A program made the translations under genes and the position numbers. This document shows positions 36,124-50,200 of a DNA stretch of 64,000 nucleotides, piece after piece; the first letter of the stretch is position 1, and every line of letters starts with the position of its first letter. The DNA comes from Vicugna vicugna (lineage: Eukaryota), in assembly GCA_013265495.1 (NCBI GenBank), contig MU058781.1:4093050-4157049 (forward strand), read 5' to 3'. The notes under the pieces were generated by a model. That model saw only the letters and a program-made list of their open reading frames with translations. It was not told the DNA's origin and did not search any database.

Positions 36124-37254
36124 CCCAGTGCTGCGCCCATCAACAGCCTTACAATTTTGACAGTTCAGAAAGTGACTATTTAGGAATTTCAATTAGAGCA
36201 GAAATATACACATGTAGGTGAACAAAGTGCTTAAAAAGTCTATAGAAAATAATTTAGATTAAAAAAAAAAGAATCAGAAGGCAGACCCCCGAAATATATT
36301 CTCTGTGTGGAAGTGCATTTCAGGAATAATGTAAAAAGCACTCTATAAAGAAAAAAGATGTTAAAGTTCTTTTATCCCCTTCCTTCCTTGGAAGGGAAAT
36401 AGGCACCAAGAATAAATAAGTTGTGAAAAATGATCAGCGGATTTTTTTTTAACAGGGTAGCCACAATATGCCAGGCTTGTTAAGTCAGAACTCGTGCATA
36501 ATATTAAGAAATATTTTAGAATTTTATATCTGCCAGTTCCTCGTATTGGTACTGATCTGGCAGGGTATTCTTTTTCACAACTGCGCTGTAAGAGTTAGAA
36601 CTCGTCTCTCCCTTTTGTATGAAAGGAAGTTGAGGCTTCTCAGGACGGGAGGTGGGCTGCAGGCGGGCGAGTGCTTGAGATTCCAGCTCAGGACGAGACC
36701 CCAGTTGCTCTGGGCTCTGGTTGCTCTTTAACTTGGACAACAGAGCTGCCCAAATGAAACAGTGACGTCGACACATCCTTCAAACAGAAAGCCATTTAAG
36801 AGTAAAACTCAAATCTATAACAAAAGCAGCAAGTCCCGTTGTTAGAGATGCCCAGTGTTAATAACAATAACACGAGTTTGCACTGGTTAATGCTAGTGCC
36901 AAGATCACTACTAAGAACAGCCATGCTGGTTATTCTTGCTTTGTCTCCATCAGATCCATGCTCTGTGCCCCCCGAGGCTGGCCCCACGGACAGCATCACC
37001 TGGACCTGCCCTCTGCTTGTGGTTGGTTTGGGTGATGGAGACATAGGCAGGAGATCAGAGAGGGGAGGAGAGAACGGTGCGCTCAGTCCTCTGATCCCTG
37101 CCTCGTCTCCTCGACAGCTCCATCCTTGCTCATTTCCCCATCCCGCGTTGACTCCTGAAACCCACCACCACCTCTGTAAATGGTATCGACATTGAGTAAC
37201 TCTTAGTTAAACTTTTTGTACCATCTATGTCCTGCCCAGATCTGACTTTAAATA

Positions 37255-37410
37255 TAGTGAACATTTACATAAATGCTTACTCTGTCTTTGCCACTATTCT
37301 GAACACTTTATATATATACATTAACTCTCATCTTTGCAATAACCCTATAAGGTAGGTGCTATGACTGTGCCCGTTTTACAGATGAAAGGTTAAGGCAGGA
37401 ACTGTTGAAA
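37255..37410 (-). mobile_element. MIR SINE
   Basis: AATAACCCTATAAGGTAGGTGCTATGACTGTGCCCGTTTTACAGATGA. Confidence 0.8.
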
Positions 37411-38819
37411 TGCTTTTCACATCTATTATTTCCTTGGTTCTCGTGACTCTCCTGCGGGGCGGCGTGGGGAACCATGGTACAAGAGAGTAAATTTAGCAGA
37501 GAACTCGAGGACGCTCAGCTACTCAAGGGCACTCTTTCGTCCTTGTCCCGGGGGTTTCCTCTCCTCCAGCCGTTCTGTCCTTTGTCTCTGGTTTTCTCCA
37601 GTAGGAGGTGTAGGACGCAGTCATAGTGTTTTAATCCTCAGCTCTGGCTTTCTGCTTGGAGAACAGGAGAATAAAGACACTGCAGAGAGGGGAAGGGCCT
37701 CCTGGCCTCTCCTGGCTCATGGGTCCTTACTCAGGGTTGTACTTAGCGTACAATATGCGAGTACAGGGCTGCTCAGTGCCGGCCTAGTGCCTGGCCGGTG
37801 CCCTGTGATGTTTTTAATCAGGCAGCTAGAACTACTTTGGGGCGAGGGGAATGGGAAAAGGACAGGGGGAGGTTCTACTTGAAAACCTGTTCAGAGGCTT
37901 TACAGGTTCCCACGCTGAGGACTTTCCCCGCCAGCCCACCAGTGACATCTTCTCCGCGCCCCACCTCACCCCCTGCTTCCTTCACCTGCACCTCCAGCTG
38001 CAAGTTGCCCTTTTGGGACATTTCCTTTTGTTTCTTTCCCAAGGTTTTCCTGTTGTTCATTTAATCACAGTTACCTCCTGAAAGAAGCGAAGGGGGCAGC
38101 GAAGCACTCTTGTAACGTGTGATTTGTCCTGGGGCCCGTTGCTCCACATGGGCGGCCCTGGCCACTTTCATTAACAGTAACAGGGACACGCTGCATAACC
38201 GCTAAGGGTCAGCTACCACCCTGGGCGCTGAGACAAATAAACAGAATTCCTGGCCTGGAAAGACCTTAAAGGTAAAGAAGCATCTCATACTCTATTGTCC
38301 TCCCTGAGCTTGTCCAGGTCTGTCATGTAGAATGTGCTTAATAGATATCTGATATACCAATGAGTGAATAAATGCATGTACCTTCTATTCATAGATAAAC
38401 ACATGCCTGTAGACAGATATGAGTGACAAAGTATTAAAGAGGAAGGAATTGAGACAGCCGTCAACTGCCTGCTCCCAGGGAGCTGTTCCTGACTGCTGAG
38501 AAGGGGCTGGGACTAGGCCAGGGCTTCCTTCTGGGTCCACAGGACTTCCTGGGGCTCAGAGGTGGGGCCTTGAAGGTCTGGCCAGGTGGTTGTAAAGGTG
38601 GGACAAGGTCATTCACAACCCTGTGCTTCTCTCTCCAAGTGGCTCGGAGCTGCCAGCCTGGGTCAGGATTCCAGAATCAAGAGTGTGGGCCTGAAAGGGG
38701 AACAGCCCACCTCCAGAGCAGAGGGATGCGGCCTGGGGCGAGTGGTGGCTTTGGGCTGTGGTTGTCAGGGTATGTCCAAGGTCAATCCACAAGTTACAGC
38801 TGTGCGCTCAGCCCTCCAC

Positions 38820-39127
38820 TTTTTTATTTTATTTAATTTATTTTTCATCTGCAAATCTCAAACTCCCAATTTATCCCTTCCCACCTCCTTCCCCCTCTGA
38901 TAACCATCAGTTTGTTTTCTATGCTATGAGTCAGTTTTGTAAGTAATTTTGTTGTTGTTTTTTTTTTAGATTCCACATGTAAGTGATATCATATGGTATT
39001 TTTCCTTCTCTTTCTGGCTTCCTTCACTTAGAATGACAATCTCCAGGTCCATCCATGTTGCTGCAAATGGCATCATTTTATTCCTTTTTTATGGCTGAGT
39101 AGCATTCCATTGTATAAATATACCACA
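38820..39127 (-). mobile_element. Relatively young L1 3'-end fragment (artiodactyl-type)
   Basis: T-rich tail, then TTAGATTCCACATGTAAGTGATATCATATGGTATTT...CCATCCATGTTGCTGCAAATGGCATCATTTTATTCCTTTTTTATGGCTGAGTAG. Confidence 0.9.
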
Positions 39128-39469
39128 AACTATTGCCTGGTGGGAGAAGATGAGGTCAAACAAACGTATATGAAGCAGAAGAAAAGAATTTCCTGGGCTT
39201 TGTCTAATTAATTTCATCAAGGTTATGGTCCACCTTTGGGTATGCTGTGACAATGATTGCATTTCTCTGAGGAGGAGCAGGGATGTTAGTAAAATCATTA
39301 TGGGACTGTTATGGAACTCTCAAAGGTGTTAATGGCTGAATGATGGATACGCAGCATCCTCCCTCGTGGGTGCCTTCAGGGACTTCAGCCAGATGGATTT
39401 CTAGAGCCTTCTACCCTTCTTTCTGCAACCTCTTAGTTCCAGAGTAAGACCAGCTACAGGGCTGACATT

Positions 39470-39665
39470 TCTTTAACTTTTTATATTGGAAAAATTTTAA
39501 TATACAGAAAAGTAAAAAAAGAGAATAATGACCCCATGTGTTCCTCCTCCTTACCTTGTTTCAATAATTATCAACATGCTACCATTCCTATTTCATTCCT
39601 CTCTGCCCTCCACTTTGGTGTTTTTGTTTGCCTGTTTAACATGATAGCATTTTACTCCTAAATAC
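39470..39665 (-). mobile_element. Old L1 (L1ME-like) 3' fragment
   Basis: TTTTATATTGGAAAAATTTTAATATACAGAAAAGTA...TTCAATAATTATCAACAT...TTTTACTCCTAAATAC. Confidence 0.6.
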
Positions 39666-42600
39666 ACGGAGGAGGTCACCATTTCAGGCAGCAGTTAGAC
39701 GTGGGGCCAGGGGCCCAACCCATCAGTCCATAGTCTGGTTCTGCCTGAGCTTTAGAGACCCTGGTTTCTGGGGAATTTCCATAATAGCCCTGCTTGTTTA
39801 GTTAAATTGCGTCTATTAATCTGAGTGTTGATTTTCACAATTCCGTCTCAATAGCCCTTATTATGTTTGCTTTGAGGATCTAGTTTTTGCACCTCCGCTT
39901 AAGGACAAGCTTGAATAGCTTCATTTGCTTTGAGAGAAAAGCAAAAGAAGCCAGTCAACCTCATGAATGAATGGAAGAAAAAAGCAGTCAGAAATGCATA
40001 ACGAAGAGTCATTGAGTAAAGATGGGCAGGGTTTGAAAAACAGAGGGAAATTTCCCAAACACCGAGATAAACAGATACTGTTCGCTGAACAGCGTGTACG
40101 GAGTTGCCTGCCAACCATTGTTAGTGTTGAATCACCGATTTTTAGTACCAAAAATAACTTGGGAGACTGTCTGACCTAATGCTCTCACCATTTTATGGAT
40201 CCAGAGATATTAAGTGATTCTCTTAAGGTCGTACAACCTGCCTTCTGATGCTGAAAACCACCGTGCCACACTGCCTCCAGGTACCGATGAGGGTGTCAAG
40301 GGATGAGGACCGTTTGGAGAGCTTGGCAACAGGGGAGGCGAGCCCTAGCACCTATAACTGCTGAAGTTTTCTTCAAGGAAAACAGTTGCTTTGTTTGCAA
40401 CCCATACATACCAGATTGTACTAGATCATAGCACAGAACTATCTCTAATATATGGAAATTACCATTTTCAAGGAAAAGGCCTTCTCCGGGCATGGTTAGC
40501 TCACATGTGAGAGCGGGACCATGATGAAGTTGGAAGGCTCTTTCTGCTCCGAAAAGAAGGCAGGCCTGGCAAACTACAACTCGTGGCCCACTGGTGGAAA
40601 AATCATTCCAGGCATGGATCCACATGAGGGTCATTGGTAAGAGGTAGCATCTATAAAGGTGAAAAAAAAAACTCACTTAATATAAAAGATGCAAGTGTTT
40701 GGGTGTGCGAAAGCCCCCAGCTATAATAAATCATCATTGCAAACACTATTTCTTGTGTCCCCAAGTTTCAACAGTGCCTGCGCTGATGACAGGAACCTGG
40801 TGATGGCATCAAGACTTTCATTTATCCGCAAAGGTGTGAGGGGGACCTGGGCAGCCCCTGGAGCAAATGCAAGAGGGGGAACCACCTGTGCCCCTCCATG
40901 TGTGGGGTCCTGGATGCTGCTGTTGGAGAAGAGAGGAAAATAGCTGCCTGTAATATGGGCTGTTGAACATTATGGGCTACCTTGGAGTAAGTTAAATTCT
41001 CTTCTGTAGCTGACCGTAATTCACTACCGCAACTCCTCTCCTAGGTCTCTATTTTCGAAATTACTAGAAATGCAGAGATGGGCCATCCTGGAACCTGTAT
41101 GGAGTTCTTCCCTGAATTAGCCAAGGTGCTGCTTGTGACCTGCTCCAGGGAATACTCTTTGCCCTAAAAACCAAGCCTCTAATGTTCTTGGCTCACCATC
41201 TCCAGGGTAATTAAAGGGGGAGAGTAAATCACACACTGGAAAACAGCCCTGAGTGCTTAAGTACGTGTCAGTCACCAAGACTGGCATCTGCACAGAGTGG
41301 AGGGGACCTGGGGTTTGCATTACACACAACACCCCATGAGATCATTAGGACGACTTCAAGTCCATGGCTTTCTGGGTAGCCATAGCCCCTCCCTTTTGCC
41401 CAAGTAAATGTAATCAGATTCAACTGAGAGCAAATTAGGGAGGCAAAATAAAGCGTGTTACTGAAAACCAGCAAGAAACTCTACTGTCGACTATTAGAAA
41501 AATTAGAGACCATTTAACAACACGAGACCATTTTGTGTTGGAAATAAAAGAGGCCCTGAATGGAGAGGGCCAGGCCAGAGCGGAGGGCCGGCGTCCAGGT
41601 GAGATCAAATGTGGATGGAGAGGCTGGCCCTGGACTATAAGCTGGGTTCACATAAGTCCTTATTAGCTGATGAGCAGAGACTGCCCGACAAACCAGATGT
41701 GTGAAAATTGGCCAAGCCCCAACTTTCCAAATCCATGACATGTTTTCTAGGTAGATTTACTTGTATAATTTCCCATGTAAGAGGGAAAAAGGCCCTGGCA
41801 GCATTTTCCAAAAGACTGGCACTCTGTCAATTTCAGTCCTTTAAAACTTGGACATCTAACAGGGCATCCAGGACTTAAGTCATGGCCAGCCTTTTTTTTT
41901 TTTTCTTTCAAATATTTTTCTTCCCTATTTCCTTTTAGACCTCATAGTCACACTTCATATATTAAGATTCTAATTTGTTTAACATCTAGGTGCTGAGCAT
42001 AAAGGCACCGCTAAAGACTGATGGATAGGATCGCTACTGGGGAGCGATAAATGAAGTGGGGGACTGCGCAAAGAGGGAGAAGAAGTACACAAATGATTTT
42101 CATTTCCTAATAGGCATTCTGCCTGGAAACCTGTATAAAGACCTGAAGTATGTATTGCTTGAAAGGCTGAGAATGTTTAAAATGTCATCTTAAATTAGTA
42201 AGTGTCTTTAAATCTTCACTCTTTTGTCACGTTTTACTAATGTTTATTACACACCATAAATCTTATTCATCTCCACATAAATTGAGCCCCCTAGCCACAA
42301 GGGAGACAAGTACTTCTGCTGGCTGATCTGCAATTCTGGAGCAGGGAATGACATCAAATATTACGACTGGAAAAAAAAAAAAAAAAAAAGGGAAGCAGCA
42401 GCTCTCCCAGAGCAAACTGGTTTGGGGAGAAGGAGTAACAGCCTTCTCCCTCCAGGAGTGGGAAAAAATTGTAGTCGCTTTAAAATTCTGTTTAGTGATT
42501 TTAGGGGTTAGGTGATGTTTCTAATGCAAGTTTAAATAAGTTATTTTAAATATGCCTGCATTCAGGTTGATTTCAGGAAGGACAATATAGTGAATGAAAT

Positions 42601-43397
42601 AAGCTGAACAGGAGTAACAATTTGTTAAGCTAGCACCCCCCCCCCAAAAGGAGCAAATTAAAAAGGTTCAGGGTTATCTGTGGTGTGAATTGAATATATG
42701 TAAGAGTGTATGAAAGAGCGGAGTTAAAAAAAAAAAAAAGGCTTCTATTTAGAAGACATAGAGTGACTGTTCCCAGACTTCCGGGTTTCAGAGACCAGTA
42801 AAACCTTTTGTAAATTTCAAGGACTGACATGTGGTTGACAACTTTTTATTTCTCCAATTAAGGATACTTTAAAATGTTATTAAGTATTACTTTGCATACT
42901 CTAAGTAGCAGAGATCCTCCTACTCAGAGTTTCAAAAACTAAGTAAGTTTAGGGAAAACTCATTTCTTGTCCTTTATTTTCTCATGAATGAGCAATGGAA
43001 TGCAAACAACTGTATTGGAATTGGGGTGGGTTCCAGGGAGATCTGTTTCTAATTCCAGTGAGATCTCCAGTATTTTAGGGAGCTACTGCCCACCCCCGCA
43101 CCTTGGTCTCAGGAGCTCTGCTCCAAAAGGCTGCAGTTTGCTACTGCTGTGTTCCCCAAAGGAATGGGCAGCTTGAGTACCTCGGTGGTGGGTACAGTGA
43201 CCTGTCAGCTTTTGTTCCATCTGGGAAGTCAGAGATGGCCTGGTGGAGAGAATGGCCGTCCGAAGAACTCTGGACTGAGCTACACCCTCCCTGACTGCCT
43301 GGAAAGTCCTTCTCCAGCTGGGAAATTTTAGTGCCAGAGATGCTGCTCTCCTAAGTCAATCCTGACCAGCCCCCGTCCCCCTGGGTAGAATAGAACA

Positions 43398-43570
43398 ATG
43401 CTCCGCAAACTGGGCTGATCAGCACAACAAGGTAGAAAGCATTTTAAAAATGCAACTTTGGGTCTCCAGGTCTGGAAATTCCAATTCAGTGGCCCTGGGG
43501 TGTGCTCTGGAAGCTGTGCTTTTTAAAAATAAGACTCTCTGGTTTTGAAGCCTGGGTTGCAGACCACAGG
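43398..43570. mobile_element. MER5-family DNA transposon remnant
   Basis: TTTTAAAAATGCA...AATTCCAATTCAGTGGCCCTGGGGTGTGCTCTGGAAGCTGTGCTTTTTAAAA...GGTTGCAGACCAC. Confidence 0.55.
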
Positions 43571-43715
43571 CGGAGCGCTTACTCTCCCGGGCTCCCTCCT
43601 ACCCCCGGACAGACTTGGTATCATATTCCTTATAACACAGTGCAAATGACAAGATTGCTTTTTTTCTCTGGTAACTGTCCCTCCCGACCCCTACACCCAC
43701 CCCGGCATCAACACT

Positions 43716-43717
<2 letters not shown>

Positions 43718-43755
<38 letters not shown>

Positions 43756-43773
43756 TGCACGCACGTACACACA
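43718..43773. repeat. (CA)n microsatellite, followed by a probable L2 3' fragment (~43780-43885)
   Basis: Direct observation. Downstream ACAGCATCCAGTGTAATGCCTGATGCAGAGCAGGGGCTGGCTAAATACTT is L2-like. Confidence 0.85.
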
Positions 43774-45299
43774 CTCCCCAAATTATGAAAACTTTAAGCA
43801 GGGAATGACTGACGTTAGCTTCCACAGCATCCAGTGTAATGCCTGATGCAGAGCAGGGGCTGGCTAAATACTTACGTGATGTCTGTCAGTATATAAGTCT
43901 TTCCAACTCTAAAACTCGGCATTTCTCTCTTCTCCATTGATAAGCAGTAAGATAAGGCAATAGAAAGTTTAGACTCACGAAGAATGGTAAGCAGGGAGCT
44001 AGGAGGCTGGTATACTGGAAAGATCTGGGTGTGTGCACAGGACGTACCACTGCAGCTATGGGACCCTGAGCCACGTGTTTCACTCCTTAGTCCTCAGGAT
44101 GCTCAGCTGTCAGACAGGCCAAGTGCTTTCTGTGACCTCTTTTCAGCCCGGAAATTCAGTGACGAATAGATGAACCTAATTTTCTTTTGAAAATTAGAAA
44201 CTGGCTTACATGTGTCTTAATACTTCTGAGTACTAAAGATACTTCTTAAGTATCTTAAGTATTAAAATGCTTCTTAATACTGAAATTATACAATGTCAAG
44301 GAAAGTGCAATTTTCCTGAAGGGCTAGCCCCCTTAACTTAACTCTTTTTATGATTATGGCTTTAAAATAAAAAGGTTTTTTCTTCTCTATTCTACCAGCA
44401 CAATCCAGACCCCCACTGATAAAATGGCTAACGGAGAAAACCTACGTAAGATTTTACCTGAGTTCTTATTAAAGGTCTTTCTTTAAAATATGTATTTTGT
44501 CACCGATGTTACCAGCCGTCACTAAATCAGCTGACAGTTTAAAAAAAGGCAAAGAAAATAGTAAAAGTGCAAGTCAGAAAATTAAGAGCCAAAATGCTCC
44601 TCATTTCAAAAGGAAGAGAAGATTTAAGACTATCCCTTGCAGGCAACACACACCCAGACCATAATCCGAACATTGCCTTCACTCAGTGGGATATTTTCAG
44701 CATAAACTGAAGTTAATACAGATTGGCGTCAGCTACCACCTGTCAGAAGATGCTGGAAAGCTGCGTCACCATAAGAAATGGACCAGCAGAAATAAATAAC
44801 CTCCAAAGTGGTGGTCGACAGATATCAACACACAGGGCCAGGATTCTGCATAAAGGATAGAAAATGTGGCACAGCTAGAAACTCCAGGGCCCACGCGTTT
44901 ATGTACCCTAAATGATCTGCTTTTCATAAATCTGCTTAGCACTAATGACTAGGATGCATTTTTAATAAATTAATTTTGAATAGATGGTGCTCTAGAGGGA
45001 AGTGGGACTAGTCTGCATCTTATTAATAGTTAAAATGGAAGCATCCATTTAGGGGCACATCTGCAGCGGCTGCAATGGAGCCCCAGCCCGTGACCCCCGT
45101 GACAGATGACCCCCATCACGCTGCAGACCTGCCAGGCCCTTCACACCGCTCCATGGGTTTTCACAGACACTGTCGTTCGGGACAGATGACGCGCTGTGTT
45201 TAGAGAATGTGTTTTAAGCTGTTCATCCTGTAGTCGTGGCAACAACGGTCTTACCCATGCGCCATCTTCGTGTGTTTCCCCCCACGGACGGATGGGCAT

Positions 45300-45391
45300 T
45301 TTCCTTTTTCAGCGGAGGTGGAGGTGCTGGGAACTGAACCCAGGGCCTCACACAGGCTACGCAGGGACTCTGCCCCTGCGCTGCGTTCTCC
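45300..45391 (-). mobile_element. tRNA-derived SINE (Vic-1-like), GC-shifted
   Basis: Minus strand GGAGAACGCAGCGCAGGGGCAGAGTCCCTGCGTAGCCTGTGTGAGGCCCTGGGTTCAGTTCCCAGCACCTCC. Confidence 0.65.
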
Positions 45392-46714
45392 TGCTTTCTG
45401 GACTACTGGACACGCCTGTGGGAGTGGCTGGCGCGTAGTAGGGGCACACTCCATACACCTGTGCTCAAGGAATGAGTGAGGAAGGGATTCTAGAGTTTCT
45501 TCAGGGAACACAATGGCTTCATTCCCTGCACTTTCTTTGTCCCAGTGTCATGCTCAGTCCGCCCTCTTCTTTCCAGTGACCTGTCTTCTCAGACAACTTG
45601 GACTGGTGTGGTAATTACCATTTGCCTTACATAAATAAGAGATAATGGTTTTCCCCTGCGTTCACTGAACTCTCAGGGATATCCGGGCAACGTTTCCTGC
45701 ATAAACATGCGGGCCTCATAATAGCACCATCAGCTTTGTGTTGAAAATTAATGACTATTTCATAAAATATTGAGACTAAGACTGGCACTTAAAACAAGAT
45801 CATCCTTTTCTCTTCCCTTCAAACCGCTCCCGATTAGATCACCGCCAGACCTCAGTCATGTTTTGAAACAGACCTGCGAATGCTCTGAGATCAGAGTGAC
45901 ACCGAGCGCCTGGCTCTCACGCTGGCGGGCTGGTGGCTGGGTGGTTACATGCCCATTAGCATGAGTTAATGAGTGAGCATTCCGTTCACTGTCACATTCC
46001 CCTCCTGTTATTAGCCAAAACCTGAACTTCAGCTTAATTGCAGAAACCAGCCCGCCCCTGGCAGATGAGGGCACGCTCTCCAATGTTGTGATTGCATTCA
46101 AAGTGCTAATTGGGGGGACCCTGACAGATAACATGCTCCGGCACGGCAGAGAGCAGTAGGTGGGGTGCTAGGAATATGGATTTCGAGATGAAAAACTGCA
46201 TCTTCAAAAGCCCCGAGGATTTGATTTTCCTCACACTGGCTCGGCCCTGCACACGGAACCAGGCTTCCCAAGTGCAAGACGATCTTACATATCTGGGCTT
46301 CTCAAATTTTACTTCAGTCTCCCACCAACTTCCCTGGGTTTAGAATTGATCATTTCACTGACCCCAAATCACTCCCCTCTTGCCACTTGAATTCCCTACA
46401 TCTCTCCTGAAGCTTCTGTTTGTCTCCCCAGAGATTTTGCTTGCTTTAGCACCGAAACAACTGGAGAATCAGAAATACGTGAAAAGAAAAAGACACAGGT
46501 GTTTTGGCTTGCGACTCTGGCTTCTGATTTTTGAATCTTGTTAAAACTTTTGTATCTACAGGGTGCGTTGGGTTCTGGAATATTTTGGATCTGCTCACCC
46601 GTCTGTGTTTCGTTTATACAGCTTCATTACTGACTGGACATTTTTTCTTTATGCTCCCATTTCTTCATCTTAGAAACATATAAAATCATACCCCATGTCC
46701 ACCTGCTGCCTGAA

Positions 46715-47230
46715 CCAAGTAGGATTGCTTTGGCTGCAAGTGATGGTAAACTGGGTTAAGCTGAAAAGGGAGTCTCAACTCGTGTAACTGAAAAGTGCAG
46801 GGAAAGGGCTGGTTTCAGACACACAGTGATGCAGGAGCTCACATGTCACGGGCGCTTGTTTCCCTCCCACTCTCGGTGTTTTAGCTGTGTTCTCAGTAGG
46901 CTGCTTCTTTCTCAGACAGCATCTCCCTTGGGGTCAGCAGGTCGAGGCTGTAAGCCCTCAGTGCCTTCTTCTGAGCCTCATACCGAATGGAGGGAAGAGA
47001 AATGGTACTTCCTACACTTGTCTCGTTGGCCCTCCCTGGCCAGACACGGGCCCTGTGCTCACACCCGGGCCAATCACTGTGGACAGGGGGCGGGTGAATG
47101 TGCTGATTGGACAATCCTAGATCACATGCTTCCCTCCTGAGATGGAGTCCTCTTCATGAGGACAGTATGAGCTGAGTGTGTTGGGTGGGTAAGTTCCCCA
47201 AGCAAAACTGGGGTATTGTAGCCTCAAGAT
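46715..47230 (-). mobile_element. MaLR LTR (MLT1K-like)
   Basis: GGATTGCTTTGGCTGCAAGTGA...CTCGTGTAACTGAAAAGTGCAGGG...CCAATCACTGTGGACAGGGGG...TGCTGATTGG. Confidence 0.75.
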
Positions 47231-50200
47231 GGGAAAGTGGTATAAAAACTTTTAGGAGGCGTAAACAAATGTCCACTAAACTGCCGCCAAAAAGGGAGCA
47301 ATATTTGAAATTAGTAAAGCACTTTGAACCTCTTAAATTAAAAAAGCGGTATGAATTTACAGGATGCAGTAAACTTCCCTTTTTATATTGACACAGGCAG
47401 GTAGAAGCAGCGCACTCAGGCACTTGTCTGAGTGAGAATGTTATGATTCAGCTGATATAATGAGACCCGAGCTAAGTTTAAAACCGAGACCGTGTTTGCG
47501 CCAGACCGAGGTCCTCCTTTGCAGTCTCGTATCTGCCAGCGCAGGCTGTTGTAAGAAACGACTTTGTTGTAATAAATTGACCCACGTTGTCTAGTCTTCG
47601 GTTCTTACCTACTGTGGACTTTGGGAAGAAGTCAATTAGAGAAGTTCTTTAGCCAGTATCATAATGAGTAATGGGAGCATTTACGTGATTGCTAATGGCT
47701 GAGTTTACACGATGCCTCAAAGCGTCAGTGGTGATGTTTGGCAGCAGCACATTATGGCTGTGATTATCACTATAAATTAAGTTTATGTTGATATAATTAG
47801 CAATTAAAAGCTAAAGTAATATTTATACTGATACAAGTTCTCTCGAAGCCACACTAGGGCGAACAGATTGTGAATGTTGATACAGTGGGAGTAAGTTGAC
47901 CTTGTAAGGCAAGATATTTTTGGAAGTGGGATGTCCTGTTGGTATACAGTTGACCAAACTGCTTTGCAGATTTAGAGTCCATGACTTAGCTAAGCGATCC
48001 CCACCGAGGGGAAGCCTGGTTCCCCTTGGTGACTCTGGCCTTGAACCACCCACACTGGAAAGAGGGCAGAAGAGCTGAGAGGGGAGGTGATGTCCAGTTA
48101 TAAGGTCAGCAGTGATGAGGACAGGGTCTTTCCAGTGAGGATCATTTGTCACAAGGGCCACTAGATTGGAAGATGAACTGTTTCATCACAAGAACGTGAT
48201 CTCCTTGAGCAACTCTGGCTGGGGCCAAGAGTCACGGACATGTGGGCTTCCTGTTCTGCGTGGGGGTCGAAGGCGCGTGGTGCTTCAAGATCACCGGCAT
48301 CAGGGTACATTCCTCCCCGCAAGGGAGTGAGCCAGGTCCTCCCGACTCCAGGTCCTCCGGGTGGAGAAGGATAAGTGAATTTCTAGACGCTCACTGCTGG
48401 CAATCAGATCTGAAGTCGGCTGTGTCTGAAGCTGTTCTGCCCTTGAAGTATCCCTTCGGTCGGTAACTATTTAGCTCATATTTTTAAGGACTCACCATCT
48501 GCCAGGTGCTTTTCTGGGAGCCAATAGACGTCAATGACCTGAACAGGTAAAGACCTCTGCCCCGTGGGAGCCTGGATTTCGGGTCTCTCTGGGAAAGGGG
48601 GCTGGTGAGGGACTCTGGAAAGCCCAGCACGGGTTTGCACCCCTCATGTCTCATCCACACCAGCACCAACTGAAGGAGGGCTTTGCCGCTGGCGACTTGG
48701 GTGCTGAGGCCCAGAAGCTTCTCTGCTCCCTGTCTAGGCTCATCCCTGGGTTAGGGTGGGAGTGGGTATTCATCCTTGGGCTCCAAGGAGCTGGGAAGGA
48801 GCGGGACTTCTAGGCGGCCCTGGAGCACTTCCCGGGCAATATTTGTTGATGTCATTTTCTCCTAATTAGACCTCTTTTAAAAACAAAAATGTTTGTTATG
48901 TGAAAAACAGGGACCTCTGCAGGAGGATGGGTGGTCCATCCTAGGTAATGATGGGGGCTCAAGTCAAGTGAAGCATGACCCCTCCTTTATGCTCCTCCAT
49001 CTGCCAAAAGTAACAAGTGTGTTTCCTCTGTGAGGATTAGAATTTGCTGGAAAACTGGATACTCCCAACTCCAGAGAGTGTCAGTTAAGGCTCATTCCTT
49101 CCCGGGCTGGTCTCATCTGGTCCTCCCTAACATGCAGACAAGCTCTGCCTCCACCTTTCTCTTGTCAGAGGTGCACCTGCGCTTGTCTGTAGTCGGGAGA
49201 GCCTGGGCTGGGGTCAGAGAGCTGGGTACCGGGCCCTGCAGTGCTGCCAGTAAGCCGGGTGTGGTGTGCTGTGGACAGGTCAGCTCGTACTTCTGGACCG
49301 GAGCGTCCTCCCCGACGTCCTTTCTCTGCAGTCCTAACGGCCAGTGTTAAGCGTGAGGTACATACAGGCAGGCACGTGGCTCCTGCCCTCGGGCCGTCAC
49401 ACGTGCACACACTCACACCCACCAACAACATGCACACGCTTCCATTTAGTGCCGAAGTCAGTGACAGTTTAATTTTCAAGGGAAAGAGCTAAGGGTCAGG
49501 CTAGCTTCTCATGTACAATCTGCTCAGGCTGCCACTGGTTCTGGGCATCTCTGTGGCCACGAAAGCAGAGCAGGCCAGGGCTCGCTGGCATGGAGCGTGG
49601 GTGTCAGTTGCCTGAGTTCGAACACCTGCTCCCCGCCGTGCTTTCTGTGTATCTGGGGGCGAGCCACTCCGCCTCTCAGGGCCTCAGGCTCCTTTTCAGC
49701 GGAAGTGGGTGGTGGTGCTTCCCGGCACGCCAGGCTTTGGTCGGGCCTCACCAGTTAATACACAGGAGCCCTGAGAACAGGACTGGGTGCCTGCCCGTAG
49801 AAAGGACTGTCAGCTGTTAGCCCCTCACCAAGCTGCCTATGGACAATCCTCTGGCATCATTTCTGGTGGGATTTCTTCCTTTCTCATCTCCGCTCTCGGT
49901 CCTGCCAACTGAGGCTAAGAAAGGAGCAGTCTGTGCAAGTTCCTGGTGGAAGTCTCTTCCCAGCTCTGCATCAGGAAAGTCACATTTTTCAGTTTTGAAA
50001 ACAAATTTAAAAAACCATGGCCAGTCCAGACCTCTCCCTCAGTGAAATCCCTTGGGGACACAGACAGTAGAAGCCTGTGCTCCTGTGTTGGAGATGGTGT
50101 ACGGTTTGGGTCTGGGCCCCCCGCCCCAGTCCGGCAGGAGGAAGGGGCTACGGCTGGCAGGAGTATCTGAGGAGGCTTCTGCAACAGTGGCCTGGCTGTT

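Noticed and set aside
39771..39780. Perfect NF-kB motif GGGAATTTCC
   Set aside because: An isolated 10-mer with no supporting context.
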